DNA of 64,000 nt from the human T2T-CHM13v2.0 reference genome, Homo sapiens. The stretch lies in NCBI RefSeq assembly GCF_009914755.1, contig NC_060945.1, one strand, 5' to 3'. Positions 36,660-49,221 of this stretch are shown here, one piece after another. The notes beneath the pieces were generated by a model. The model saw only the letters and a list, made by a program, of their open reading frames with translations. It did not search any database and was not told the origin of the DNA. Within the stretch, counting starts at the first letter, position 1, and every line of letters starts with the position of its first letter. The translations under genes and the position numbers were made by a program.

Positions 36660-37650
36660 CTTATCCATCCATCCATCCATCCATCCATTCATCCATTCAT
36701 CCATTCATCTCTCCATCCATTATCCATCTTTCTATCATTCATCATCCATCCATCATCTATTCATCCATCCATCCATTCATCCATCCATCCATCCATCCAT
36801 TCATCCATCCATCCATCCATTCATCTATTCATCTCTCCATCCATTATCCATCTTTCTATCATTCATTATCCATCCATCATCTATTCATCCATCCATTCAT
36901 CCATCCATGTATCCATTCATCCATCCACCTATCCATCTGTTCATCCATCCATCAGTCATTCATCCTTCCATCATTCATCATCCATCCATCCATCATCTAT
37001 TCATCTATCCATCCATTTATCTACTTATCCATCCATCCATCCATCCATCCATCCATCCATCCATGCATCCATTTCAGAGAACTGAAAACATGTTCACAGA
37101 AAAACTTGCACATGAATGTTTATGGCAGCATTATTCGTAAGAGCCAAACAGTGGAAACAACTCAAATATCCATCAATTGGTGATTGGATAAACAAAACAA
37201 GATACATGCATAAAATGGAATATCATTGTCTATAAAAAGGGATGAAATGCTGATACATGCTACCATGTGGATGAATTCTGAAAACATTATACTGAGTATA
37301 ATCCATCCGTTCATTCATCCATCCATCCATCCATTTATCACCCATTCATCCATCCACCCATCTATTCATCTATCCATCCATCATCCACCCTTCCATCATT
37401 CATCATCCATCCATCCATCATCTATTCATCCATCCATACATTCATCTGTCTATCCACCCATTCACCTGTTTATTTATCCATTCATCCATCCATTTATCCA
37501 TCCATCCATCTATTCATCCATCCGTCAGTGTATCTACTTATTCATCCATCCATCCATTCATCCAGCCATTTATCCACCCATTTATCCATCCATCCATCTA
37601 TCCACCCATTTATCCATCCATCCATCTGTTCATCCATTCATCCACCTAAT
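36660..37650. repeat. Degenerate (TCCA)n tract split by a 223-bp insert (37076-37298)
   Basis: ccatccatcc/tcattcatcc runs at 36660-37075 and 37300-37650. Confidence 0.95.
37076..37298 (+). mobile_element. L1M (L1MC/ME-like) segment; inverted duplicate of 37739-37962
   Basis: aaacatgttcacagaaaaacttgcacatgaatgtttatggcagcattatt...tggatgaattctgaaaacattatactgagta. Confidence 0.9.
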
Positions 37651-37654
37651 CTTT

Positions 37655-37995
37655 CTGTTTATTTGCTTTTTCTCTCTATGAAGCTACCTGTTCTGGGCAT
37701 GTCATATCTAACATGTGGCTTTTTGTGTGTGGCTTTTTTACTCAGTAAAATGTTTTCAGAATTCATCCACATAGTAGCATGTATCAACATTTCATCCCTT
37801 TTTATAGATAAATGATATTCCATTTTATGCATGTATCTTGTTTTGTTTATCCAATCACCAATTGATGGATATTTGAGTTGTTTCCACTGTTTGGCTCTTA
37901 CAAATAATGCTGCCGTAAACATTCATGTGCAAGTTTTTCTGTGAACATGTTTTCAGTTCTCTTGTGTATACACCTTGGAGCGGAATTGCTGGTGC
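37655..37995 (-). mobile_element. Old L1M (L1MC/ME-like) 3' region
   Basis: tggcttttttactcagtaaaatgtttt...gatggatatttgagttgtttccac...gtgtatacaccttggagcggaattgctgg. Confidence 0.85.
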
Positions 37996-38522
37996 CTTGA
38001 TGTTTTATTCCCAAACTGCTAGTATCACAAAATAATACCCTTCAGTATTGTTGGTATTTATTTAGGCTTAACTTCACATGCAACTTGGGAACTAGACCCG
38101 GCCAGTGGGGAGTGCTTGCAAGAGGAACCTGGAAAAGTGGAAGGTCTAGATCTGTAAGTCCAAGTTCTCATGTTGAAAGGGCAACATAGATGTTCTTATT
38201 ATTCAAATTAGACCAAAATGTGTTTGTTCTGTGTCTGAATTATTGTATACCTTGGAAAACCTATTTAGGATTCACATGAGAAGACAGCCAAAGAGGACAA
38301 ATTTATGTCATTCATAAGATCGTTCAAAAATAGTCACAGAATGTCCATCTGGTGCCAGAAGTTTGTTGAATGTTGGGATATAAATAAATATAATGATTAA
38401 GTTCAAATTATTACCTCATCTTTGTTTCTTTGCATCATTGTCCTCGAATGTGGCCTATTCGCTGCTTTTCTCAGTGTTTTCTATAAGGTGATAATTAAAA
38501 CATCAACCCGAAAGACAATCAT

Positions 38523-39538
38523 TGTGGGCCGAATTGTGCTCCTCCAAGTCCATATGTTGCAGCCCTAGCCCCCGGCACCACAGAATGTCCTTATTTGGAG
38601 GTAGGGACCTTAAAGAGGTGATTAAGGTAAAATTAGGCCATTGGCATGGCCCCTAATTGAATCTGACTGGTGTCCTTGTAAGAAGAGTGGATTAGGACAC
38701 TGACAAACACACAGGGATGACCACTCAAGGACACATGGAGAAGACGCCATCTAGAAGCCAAGGAGAGAGCCCTCAGGAGGCACCAGCCCTGCTGGATTAG
38801 GACACTGACACACACAGAGGGATGACCACTCAAGGACACACGGAGAAGACGCCATCTAGAAGCCAAGGAGAGAGCCCTCAGGAGGCACCAGCCCTGCTGG
38901 ATTAGGACACTGACACACACAGAGGGATGACCACTCAAGGACACACGGAGAAGACGCCATCTAGAAGCCAAGGAGAGAGGCCTCGGGAGGCACCAGCCCT
39001 GCTGGATTAGGACACCGCCACACACAGAGGGATGACCACTCAAGGACACATGGAGAAGACGCCATCTAGAAGCCAAGGAGAGAGGCCTCAGGAGGCACCA
39101 GCCCTGCTGGATTAGGACACCAGCACACACAGAGGGATGACCACTCAAGGACACACGGAGAAGACGCCATCTAGAAGCCAAGGAGAGAGCCCTCAGGAGG
39201 CACCAGCCCTGCTGGATTAGGACACCGACACACACAGAGGGATGACCACTCAAGGACACATGGAGAAGACACCATCTAGAAGCCAAGGAGAGAGGCCTCG
39301 GGAGGCACCAGCCCTGCTGGATTAGGACACCGACACACACAGAGGGATGTCCACTCGAGGACACATGGAGAAGACCCCATCTAGAAGCCAAGGAGAGAGG
39401 CCTCGGGAGGCACCAGCCCTGCTGGAACCTTGATCTCAGCCTCCAGCCCCCAGCACTCTGGGAGAATGCATTTTTGTTGTCTGAGCCACCCACCCAGTGT
39501 GTGGTTCTTTGTTATGGCAGCTGGAACGAACTAATCCA
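38523..39538 (+). mobile_element. MaLR LTR (MLT1B-like), internally expanded
   Basis: tgtgggccgaattgtgctcc...ttatttggaggtagggaccttaaagaggtgattaagg...ctttgttatggcagc...aactaatcca. Confidence 0.85.
38688..39422. repeat. VNTR, 7 x 105 bp, derived from the MLT1B interior
   Basis: tggattaggacac starts at 38688, 38793, 38898, 39003, 39108, 39213 and 39318. Confidence 0.97.
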
Positions 39539-39821
39539 ATATGCCTAGTCACCCAGGTATTGCCCTAGGGACAGAAAATTCACCAACACCCTCTCTATGC
39601 ACTCTATGAAGAGACCGGACTTTTAAAATGTTTTAAATGCCTTATTCACAACATCTCATGATATTTTTGTTTTCCTCTTTTAATTGCTCTAATCTAATTA
39701 ATGAGTTTCCCCTAAGCAAAGAGTTCTCACTTTATTGTTACTTTTTGTCTTTTCACTACACGTATGCAACATTTGATCTTATTTGCTATTTGTTTTTAAG
39801 AACTTTTCTTTTTTTAAAAAA

Positions 39822-39959
39822 GTTTATTTATTTAATTTTTATTGAGATGAAGTCTCGCTATGTTACCCAGGCTGGTCTTGAATGCCTGAGCTTAAGTGAT
39901 CCTCCTGCCTCAGTCTCCCAAAGTGCTGGGATTACAGGTGTGAGCCACCGTACCCAGCC
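39822..39959 (-). mobile_element. FLAM_C / free left Alu monomer
   Basis: gtctcgctatgttacccaggctggtcttgaatgcctgagcttaagtgatcctcctgcc; TSD-like taa(g/a)aacttt. Confidence 0.88.
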
Positions 39960-39964
39960 TAAAA

Positions 39965-40900
39965 ACTTTCTTTTCATTTGGAAATAATTTTAGAAACACA
40001 GAGAGTTACAACGATAGTCCAGAGAGCTCCTGTAGATTCTATCCCTGCTTTCGCCTAATGTTCACTCTTGATTATTTTTTAGTTTCAAATGTAATCCATG
40101 TTGCTTGGAGAAAGCATGGAAAATATTGGAAATGAAGTGGATTTTTAAAAAAAAATCAGTTTAATATTAGCACTAAGACATAAATCCAGTTACCTTTAGG
40201 AATCTTTCTTTGCAGCATTTTTTTCTTTTACTTTTCCTTTGAAATAATTATCAGATTACAGGAAGTGGCAAGGAGAGCAGACAGGGCTCTCATGGGCCCT
40301 TCACCCAGTTTCCCTGCAACAGCTGCCGCTGATGTCACCATAGCGCTAACTGACACCAGGAAATGGGTATTGTACGATGTGTGCACAGTTCTCCACCATT
40401 CGATCGCACGTGTAGATTCATGAAGCCACCGCCCAGTCCAGGGTGTCCCATCACCCAGCTATCTCTCTCGGGCTCCCCCTTGCTGGTCTCCTCCCCCGAA
40501 CCATCCTCAACCCCTAGCAACCACTCCTTTGTTCTCCAGTGCCACACTTGGTCATTTCGAGACAGTGGTATATACAGAATCAGGCAGAACGTGACCTTTT
40601 GGGACTGGCCTTTTTGCTTAGTGCAATGCCCGTGACATCGGGCAGGTGGGTGTGTGCAGTAGCTCACCTCTTCCTACCGCTGTATTCCAGACACCACGGT
40701 GTGTTTAGCCGGTCACCTGGTGAAGGACATCTGGGTTGGCTGTGTCCGGTTTGGGGCTGTTATAAATAAAGATGCATGAACACTCGTGTGCCCTTTTCGG
40801 TGTGATCAGAAGTTTTTATTTCCTAGGGATAAATGCCCAAGAGTACAATTGCTGGGTCATGGTAATAGACTTAGTTTTTAAAGAAACTGCCAAAGCCTGG
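39965..40900 (-). mobile_element. Old L1MC-type 3'-end fragments
   Basis: ttgaaataattatcagattacaggaagtggcaag...ccttcacccagtttccc...cccctagcaaccact...ttcctagggataaatgcccaagagtacaattgctgggtcatgg. Confidence 0.75.
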
Positions 40901-41169
40901 CCTACCATCCTTCCCTTCCCAGTGCACCCACAGGAGGTGTCATTTTACATTCCCAGAAGCAGGATATGAGTCTGTTCTGTAATGCACAGATACTACTGAT
41001 ATTATTTTGCTTGCGATCAAATTGTACCTGCTGTTTTATAATGGGCTTGTGTCCCTTGATATGATCTTATGAGCATTTCTCACACGTATTTTCCTACAGC
41101 TCCTTTAAAATTGCTGAATAAGGCAGCACGTGGGTAAACAGCCCCAGGGCCCAGTCCCACAGGGCTTAC

Positions 41170-41640
41170 TTAAGCGCGTGTCCACTCCATGGCCGCACCC
41201 GTGCATCTGCTGCGGAACCTGGCGGGCACAATGCTAGGGGTGGGGCTGGAGTCACCGAGACTTGGTCCTGCTCCATGGGACTTAGAGCTGGTCCACAGAT
41301 GAACACGTTGATCACAGACCAGGAGTGCTGTGGGCGAGACTACACAGAGTCCCGAGTATAAGCCGTGTTAGGTCAGGGAGAGTGCCCACCCATGTGATGT
41401 CTGGGCTGAGGTCTGGAGAAAATGCAAGCGTTCAATAGGCTGGGGCAGGGGAGGGCTGGCTGTGCGCGCTCTATCTTCGTCAAATCTATTTTATCTAATC
41501 ATTTGCAAAAGCAAATAACACGAGCTCTCTGTCCCGGGACAGGCACACAGCTGTTGACTTTGTTCACTGTTTTGTGCCCCTCACAAGCATGAACTGGGCA
41601 TGACTCAGGCATTTGCAGAAAGAATGTCAAATGTCACCCA
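41170..41640. mobile_element. L2 fragments
   Basis: gacttggtcctgctccatgggacttagagctgg and ttgttcactgttttgtgcccc...gcatttgcagaaagaatg. Confidence 0.45.
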
Positions 41641-42524
41641 GAATATCACTGTATACAAGAGGTCTTTGCACACAGCTCCAATATTTTGCTTAGAGGTCAA
41701 TCTCTGGAAGTTAAATGGCTTGTTGCTGAATGCTGCATACATTTCCAAGGTCTAGATACTGTTCTAAACCTTAGTGACTGCTCATTTACACTCTGGACCC
41801 TAGACTTCGGCGAGCACCCTCTCTAGATGGCCACACCATGAGTGTCTCACCAGGGCTCAGGGGCTGCCTATCCCCTTCCCTCCTGAGCTGGGCCCCCAAA
41901 TCCTAAGGCTGGGTGTATATGGCCAAGTGCAGATGGAGGCAGGCTCTGTTTTCAGGAGCAGGACCTGATCCAAGTTTATTACCAAATTAAATACTCCTCC
42001 CCCCTCCTCATCGTAGACCAAGGCACAGGATTTGTTTGGAGCTTGGGGTGGGGAGGGAGGTGAAATGATGGGAGGGTTTCCACATGGGGTGGAGAGGGCA
42101 GGGTGCTCCACTCTGCAGCTTACAGATAGAGGCAAAAATCAATAGGGCTTGACTTTGGTGTCCCCCTTCTGGACCTGCAGGTGGATTCCCACCAACTGAT
42201 CAGCCTTGCCAGGGCTTTCTGGGAGCCTGTCTGGTGGGAAGGAGCTCCCACAGCAGTGGTGATGGAGAAGGTCCCAGCTCTACAGATCCTAGGCCCATGA
42301 GATGGATAGAGATGGTACAGAGAGAGGGAAAGGCCCAGAAGCCTCTGAAGGACAGCAGGGCACGGTCTGCCATCTCACCTGGCAGGGGCCCAGGTACCTG
42401 AGCACCGAGAGGCAGGTTTGCACTCGGCACCTGTCTCTAAGACTCTCCCAACACACTTACCTTTGTCTTTGCACACTGGCCCTGGGCAGTGTGGCAAGGT
42501 GGTTCTGCATGAACACAGGCTTAT

Positions 42525-42954
42525 AGTATCGTGGTCATCAAAGATGGCCCTACCAATTCTCCCTCCCCAGCACAACTGCATACTGCCCCTCACACCGAGA
42601 GACAGAGTGTAAATCCCTGATCCTGGATTCCCCATTAATGGCTTTGACTAAAACAATGCAGCAGAAGTGACATCCTGAGATTTCCACACCCAGATCTTAA
42701 GAAAACTAGGCTTCCACTTCCTGCAGATGGGAACCTGGCTGCCATACTGTGAGGGAGTCCAAGCAGCCACATGGAGAGGCCCAGTCAGTGGAGGACCAGG
42801 CCTCCCACCAGCAGCCCAGCTGAGCTGCTGTAGGAGTGAGGCCATTTGGGACCTTCCAACCATCCCTGCACCCAGTGGCACTGTGGAAGCAGGAGAACCC
42901 CCAAGTCAATCTGTTCTGGAGTCGTTTGTTATTGAGCAATGAATAACTGTATCA
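42525..42954 (+). mobile_element. MaLR LTR (MLT1G/H-like)
   Basis: gctttgactaaaacaatgcagcagaagtgac...gccatactgtgagggagtccaagcagccacatggagaggcc...tttgttattgagcaatgaataactg. Confidence 0.7.
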
Positions 42955-45571
42955 GAAATTGATGTGGCAGTGTTCTTTTAAGAATAACTTAATTTAGGAT
43001 TTCAGATTTTGCTCATTTATAAGGAGCATTCACCCAGTTTCCAGAAATGATTCAACTAGAGCCTGGAGACGTGGGTCACCTTCCTCTTGGTGAAGCCAGT
43101 GACACTTCTCAGATTGAGTCTGGGCCATTTTCAAAGCAATAGCATCTGGCAAAGGCCCAGTGGCCAGGGCGTCTCCTCCCTGGAGACCCGCCTGATTTCA
43201 GTAGCTCCTTCCTGACGCTGTTTTGGGGCCGGTGTGAGAGGCCCCCATGGCTGCCTTGGGAGGGTCTCCCACAAGCTCAGGCGGGTTGAGGGGGGCGGCT
43301 TCCTGGCAATGAACTTGAACCTTCAGATCAGGGAGGGTCTCCCTTTTCCTCTGGAGCAGGCCCCACTGGAAACCTTACTGCAGCTGGGACTTCCCTGCTG
43401 GCCCTTGGCCCTGGAGAGGGGGTGTCCTCCCTGGTGGGTCCCATTGTGTTTGCAGTTTCCAGGCAGTTTCTGGCACACTGGCCTTGGACCCCCAGGCTGG
43501 GAGCCATGGCGTGCACACAAAACGACCTTCATCTCCTGCTTCTGCTTGGCAAGCTACCCGGGAGGTTTTATTTTCCACTGAAGTTGCTTCCCGATTATGG
43601 GCATCCCTGTCCATTCAAGACCCTTTTCAAAGCCTTGCTAATTCCCCCCCAGAGCCCCACCCGCATCCCAGCAGCAAGCCCAGGCCAGCTGTTCTTTTGA
43701 TCTCGAAAGGCAAAAGAGGAAGCGGAGAAAGGCTGTTTGCAGGCCAACTGTGCGCACAGGTGTGAGGGAGCTGTCCAGCTTCCACTCCGTCATTTCCCCA
43801 TGAGATTGGTCTTTCTGGCTTAATCCTCCTCCTGGGCCCTCCCCTGTGCCCCCCTCTCAGAGCTGGATGGTGGCCGCCCTGACAGTCCTCATCACACCCG
43901 GGGCTCTCAGATGGGAGCAGGAAGGGCTGGCGCCCCAGCCACCTCGGCCCCTCTTCCAGAGGGTACCACAAGAACCCAGATGGCCACGGCTGTCCCTGTC
44001 CAGGCAGCAGTCCGCGTACACAACGCACTCCCCTGAGTGTGATCCCCTCAAACTCCCACGACGCCCACCCGAGGTGAATGCTGCTGTTACTCCCGCTTTC
44101 CAGAGGAAACAAACTCAGGGAAGGCACAAAATACATTGCGACTCACAGCCGGCCGCTGGCAGGAGCCAAGGTGCTGCTGGGGCCACGGTGCCCACGGCCC
44201 GTGCCCGGGTGCTGACACTGTCCCCACCGCCTTCCTCCCGGCGGCCATGACCCCAATCCACAGCGGTCACCGGCAGGGGCAGTGGTGGACCAGGGCCTGG
44301 CTCAGCCTCACTGTGCCAGGGCCCCTCGCCGTACAGAAGGAACTGGGACATCCTCATAGGGTCGGCCGGAGTGTCACAGTGGACACAAGGCCCCAGGCAG
44401 TGTCCCCCTGGAAAGCACCTCCAAGGGCTGCTGTGACCCCCACACCACGTCCTGGAGGAGGGGCAGATCCCCCCACAGGAGGGACATGGTCTCTCTTCCT
44501 AATCCCCGGCATCAACTCTGATTCTTTTTACCGAGAGAGACCCGTTCCCACCCTCCTGGGGTTGGCCTCACTCAGAGAAGAGGGCAGAAGGAAAGTGAGT
44601 GTGTGGGACCCTGGAGGCCATGGTGAACATGCCCGTGAGTCCCCTCAGGCCAGGGTCCTCAGCCAGGGTCCTCGGGTTCTCGTTTGGACTTGTTTATGAG
44701 CCCCCAAGGCACACTTATTAGGAGTGAGAGCTTGGGCCCCCGGCACTCTCAGCCAGGCACCTGCCGTGAACTGGGCATCGCCAGGAGCCACCAGACAGGT
44801 TCCCAGGCTGTCAGGAAGGGCCTTGATCAGAGGTGCAGGGGCCGGGCACTTCATGCCTGCCCTCCTCCCTGCAGCCCAAGCTCTAGTCCCAGGTCAGAGG
44901 ATTTCTTCCAGTGACCCTCCGGGGGCACAGGAGAGGTTGGGCAGGCTGGAGCTGGGTGAATGGTGCACAGAACCCTTTTGGGGAACAGCGGCCCCCAGGA
45001 AGGCCGGGCCCAGGCAGCGGTGGCTGGCAGATGGCCACTTCTAGCATTTGGATGTGAGGTGTTGGTAAATGAGCCCCTGGGAGACATTTTTTGGAAAAAA
45101 AAAAACCACACCTCCATATGTCAAGTTGCACAAGTTTTAGGTTGACCTCCCTCCGGGAAGGGGGTCTGCCCGAAGGTTCCTCAGACTTTGAGCACATTAC
45201 CTTCCCCCCAGAGGCCAAAGTCCCTGCCAGGCAATGGGAGGGCTGTCACCACAGAGTCCTCTTAGGGAGGGCCAGGGCCACTGATGGGACCCTCCACTCA
45301 CAGAGTGTCCACACCCACCCACCCACAAGGGCCCGCCAGGCGGGAGACTCGTCAAAGCTCCAGGCACACTAGGCTGCCCAGCCCATGGTGTCCCCATCAC
45401 CTGCCGCCTCTGGCTGGGGTAGAGCCTTTTAGCTATGGCCAGACCTGCTCTGCAGATTCCAACAAGGCCTCATGTCCCAGCAACGGTGGCGTCCCTGCCA
45501 AAGGGGTCGGGAGCTGAGCAAGGGTCTTCACTCCCTCGTGCCACCCCTCCGGCCTCTAGGAAAGTGCTGAT

Positions 45572-45719
45572 AGCAAGGCCGAGGACAGCAAAGCCGAGAC
45601 AGCAAGGCCGAGACAGCAAGGCCGAGGACAGCAAGGCCGAGACAGCAAGGCCGAGGACAGCAAAGCCGAGACAGCAAGGCCGAGACAGCAAGGCCGAGGA
45701 CAGCAAGGCCGAGGACAGC
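45572..45719. repeat. Minisatellite, 10 x 14-15 bp
   Basis: Unit agcaa(g/a)gccgag(g)ac. Confidence 0.95.
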
Positions 45720-46147
45720 GCTCCGGGAATGAAAGCGAAGCTCCAGTGGTTGCTCCAAGACGTGGGTCTGGTGGGAGCAGAGTGGCTGTTTTTGGAGCTT
45801 CTCCCCTGCGATGTGAAGGCAGGAGCAAGGGCAGCTGTCCTGCTCAGCTGAGGCATGGGATGGCCACAGCATCCCTGCAGAGCCCACCAGGATGCACTCA
45901 GAACTGACTTGTCCTGCACACACCTACACCCCCTCACACACCCACATCCCCACACCTCTTGCCAAGGAAAAGCCAGGGGACGTCTCCCAGGTTCCCTTCT
46001 TGGAGTGGGTGGACTTCCCAACGTAGCAGGTCCTTGGGTGGAAGACAGGGCCTGTGACTTAGAGCAGAGGTGCAAGTCACAGTGGAGCTGGCCGCTCCCC
46101 TAATACAAAGAGGTAGAGGATGTGGGATAACACGTGTTTACTGCAGC

Positions 46148-46376
46148 TTCTCCCTCCTCCATTTCCTTCCTTTCCTCCCTCCTCCATTGCCTCCCTGTTC
46201 TCCCTCCTCCATTCCCTCCCTGTCCTCCCTCCTCCATTCCCTCCCTGTCCCCCCTCCTCCATTCCCTCCCTGTCCTCCCTCCTCCATTCTCTCCCTGTTC
46301 CCTGTCCCCCATTTCCTTCCTTTCCTCCCTCCTCCATTCCCTCCCTGTCCCCCCTCCTCCATTCCCTCCCTGTCCT
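46148..46376. repeat. Pyrimidine-rich ~25-bp minisatellite
   Basis: tccctcctccattccctccctgtcc repeats. Confidence 0.9.
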
Positions 46377-46379
46377 ATT

Positions 46380-46690
46380 TCTTAATAGACTTTGTTTTTT
46401 ATCGCAATCATAGGTTCGCAGTGACACTGAGTGGAAGGCACAGAGGGTTCTCATACACCCCGACCCTCCATGCTCGGCCTCCCCCATTAACCTCTGCGGC
46501 CACGGTGGGCTGTGCTGTGGTGACGCACACGCCCTTACCACCCCGAGTCCGTAGTTTACACTGGGGTTCATTCTTGGTGTTGGACATTCTGTGGATTTTG
46601 ACAAATGTACGACACGCACCCACCATTGTAGTGTCGCACAGACTTCACGGCCCTGGAACCCCCGCGCTGCACCTGCTCATTTCTTCCTCT
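46380..46690 (-). mobile_element. L1MC1/2-like 3'-end fragment
   Basis: aatagactttgttttt...tgagtggaaggcacagag...gtccgtagtttacactggggttcattcttggtgttggacattctgtggattttgacaaatg. Confidence 0.7.
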
Positions 46691-46794
46691 CTCTTTTTAC
46701 CATGGTTTACACAGATTCCAGATCCAGGGGCACGAACTGGAGTTATCATCCATGGTCACAGCACACTCTCACACTGGTCCATGCTCAGCTGTCG

Positions 46795-47108
46795 TTTTAT
46801 TATTTTATTTTATTTTATTTATCCTTTTTTCCAAGACGGAGTCTTGCCCATTGCCTAGGAATGCAATGGGTGATCTCAGCTCACTACAGACTCTGCCTCC
46901 TGGGTTCAAGTGATTCTCCTGCCTCAGCCTCCCAAGTAGCTGGGATTACAGGTGCGTGGCACCATGCCTGGCTAATATTTTTGTATTTTCAGTAGAGACG
47001 GGGTTTCACCATGTTGGCCAGGCTGGTCTTGAACTCCTGACTTCGTGATCAGCCTGCCTTGGCCTCCCAAAGTGCTGAGATTACAGGTGTGAGCAACCGC
47101 ACCTGGCC
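46795..47108 (-). mobile_element. Alu (AluSg-like)
   Basis: ggctggtcttgaactcctgacttcgtgatc; (tttta)n tail. Confidence 0.94.
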
Positions 47109-47288
47109 TATATTATTATTGTGATTATATCATGAACACTGGGCACCAATGACCAACCCAAAAGCTGAAATGTAGTCACTTCTGTTTGGGTCTGACCTTT
47201 CCCATCCCAGCCCCTCCTCCTCCATCAGAGGTAACCACAACTCCATCCCTGGTGCTGGAGTTTGATTTTCAGTCTTATGGTACAGGGG

Positions 47289-47292
<4 letters not shown>

Positions 47293-47322
<30 letters not shown>
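47293..47322. repeat. (TG)15 microsatellite
   Basis: Direct read. Confidence 0.95.
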
Positions 47323-47326
<4 letters not shown>

Positions 47327-48639
47327 CTTAAATAGTTTGGCTTATTTATGAAAATCATAAAAAGGATGTCGCTCTTCAGCAGCTTTCTGAGATTGGCTTT
47401 TCCTGCTCAGTGTGATGCTGGTAAGATTTGTTCGTATTCTGTCTGCGCTGTAGTTCATTCAGTGTCGTGGTTGTAGAATTTTCCACTGTGTGATCCTATC
47501 ATGAGTGATCCGTCCTTCTCTCCTCTCACTGTCGACGTGTGGGCTGCTCCGGGGCTTCCTCCTGCCAACTGAGCTCCTGGCACGCCTGCAGGGTCTCTCC
47601 TGGGTGGAGAGCTAAGAATAAAAGCTGGATCTTGGAAATGCAAAATCCTGACTTGACAAGGTGATGCCTGGCAGTTTCTGCAAAATGCTTGCATCGACTT
47701 CATCGACTTACACTTTGCCAGCTGTGTGCAAGGGTGCTGTTGATCCGCATCCTTGGAACATTTAGAATTATCAAAAAACTTTAAATTGTTGTCAATCAAA
47801 TTCACGCAAAATCGTATGTTGTCCTGAGTTGTGTCCCTCAATTAACAGTGAGAATGGGCCCCTCTTATCACTCACTGGCCATGTGTTTTTCCTCTTCTGG
47901 GAAATGCCCGTTCATGACCTTTGTCCATTTTTCTATTGGGTCATTTGCTTTTTCTTATTGACTTGTAGGAGATATTTGTACATTCTCCACAGTGGTCTTT
48001 TCTTAATTTTTTTGTGTGGTGAATCTTGTCTTCTGGGTTGTAGCTTGTCTCTGTATCTTCTTTAAGGCGTAGTTTGATGAATAAAAGTCCTAATTTGAAT
48101 GAAGTCAACTGTAACAATCTTTCCTTTCATATTGTTGATATTTCGTGTGTCTTGTATAAGAAATCCCTTCCTACTGTGAGGTCACATAGATACCCACCTA
48201 TATTTTCTCCTATAAGTTTTAAATCTTTGCTTTTGACATTTCGATTCTTAATCTGTTTGGAGATACTTTCCGTATACGGTGTGGACACAGAATCTAATTT
48301 TTTTTTAATGTGGTTTTTCAGTCCTATTTATCAAACGACTTTCCCCAGGGACCCACACACCACTTCCCTATGTACAAGCCCATCTGTGGGTGGGTGTATT
48401 TCTGGGCTCTGTATTCTGCTTCATTAATCAATTTGTTTATCCTGGGCCAATACCACACATCACACTGTATTATAGCTGTATGATTAGCCTTTTCAACTGA
48501 TGGGGCAACTCCACCTCCTTCTTTTTCTTCTTCAAATGTGTTCAGCTGTTCCTTTTGAAAATTGGGTCGTAACTTACTCGTAGTACAGTGCACAAGCCTC
48601 AAGGGTACATTTCAATTACTTTCTTTACAAATGTGCTCA

Positions 48640-49221
48640 CTTACACCGATTACACGTGCTGCATAAACAACCTCTCCAAAACCGAGCAGCATGACGTAGC
48701 CTTTCTGTTGTGCTCAGGACTCTGTGGACCTGGAGGCCAGCCAGGCAGGCAAGGACAGCTCGCCTCTGCACAGTGATTTCTGCGAAGAGTTGAAGGCTGG
48801 GCGTGACCTGAAGCCTGGGGGTGCATGAAGTTGGAGCATCTTTTCTCACATGTCTGTTGGCTGCTGCTGGCTGGGATCTCTGGGGAGCTGTGGCTGGAAC
48901 TCCTACACATGGCCTCTCCTTGTGTTGCTTCCTCATGGATTGGATTGGGCTTCCTCACAACATGGCGGCTGGATTCCTTGATGGAGTGTCCCAAGAGAGC
49001 TAGGAGGAGGCACATGACATATTTGTGATCCAGACTTGGAAGTCACACAGAGTTACTTCCATGATACTCTTGGTCGAGGAGATCACAAAGGTCTCCTCAG
49101 GTTCAAGGGGAAGGGATATAGACCTTGACTCTCAATAGGAGGCTTCTCAAGGTCACATTGGAAAGAGCTTGTGGGATGGGAGACATCTATGCAGTCATCT
49201 TTGGAAAACACAGCCTGCCAT
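48640..49221 (-). mobile_element. MaLR LTR (MLT1F/G/H-like)
   Basis: gggcttcctcacaacatggcggctgg...ttggaagtcacacag...gcagtcatctttggaaaacacagcctgcca. Confidence 0.72.

Noticed and set aside
34098-36660. Apparent switch from G-rich to C-rich repeats on the + strand as a replication or transcription boundary
   Set aside because: Based on a handful of repeats, with exceptions such as the purine-rich 45572 array
38633-39493. 286-aa ORF with a 35-aa repeat
   Set aside because: Antisense reading of the 105-bp MLT1B-derived VNTR
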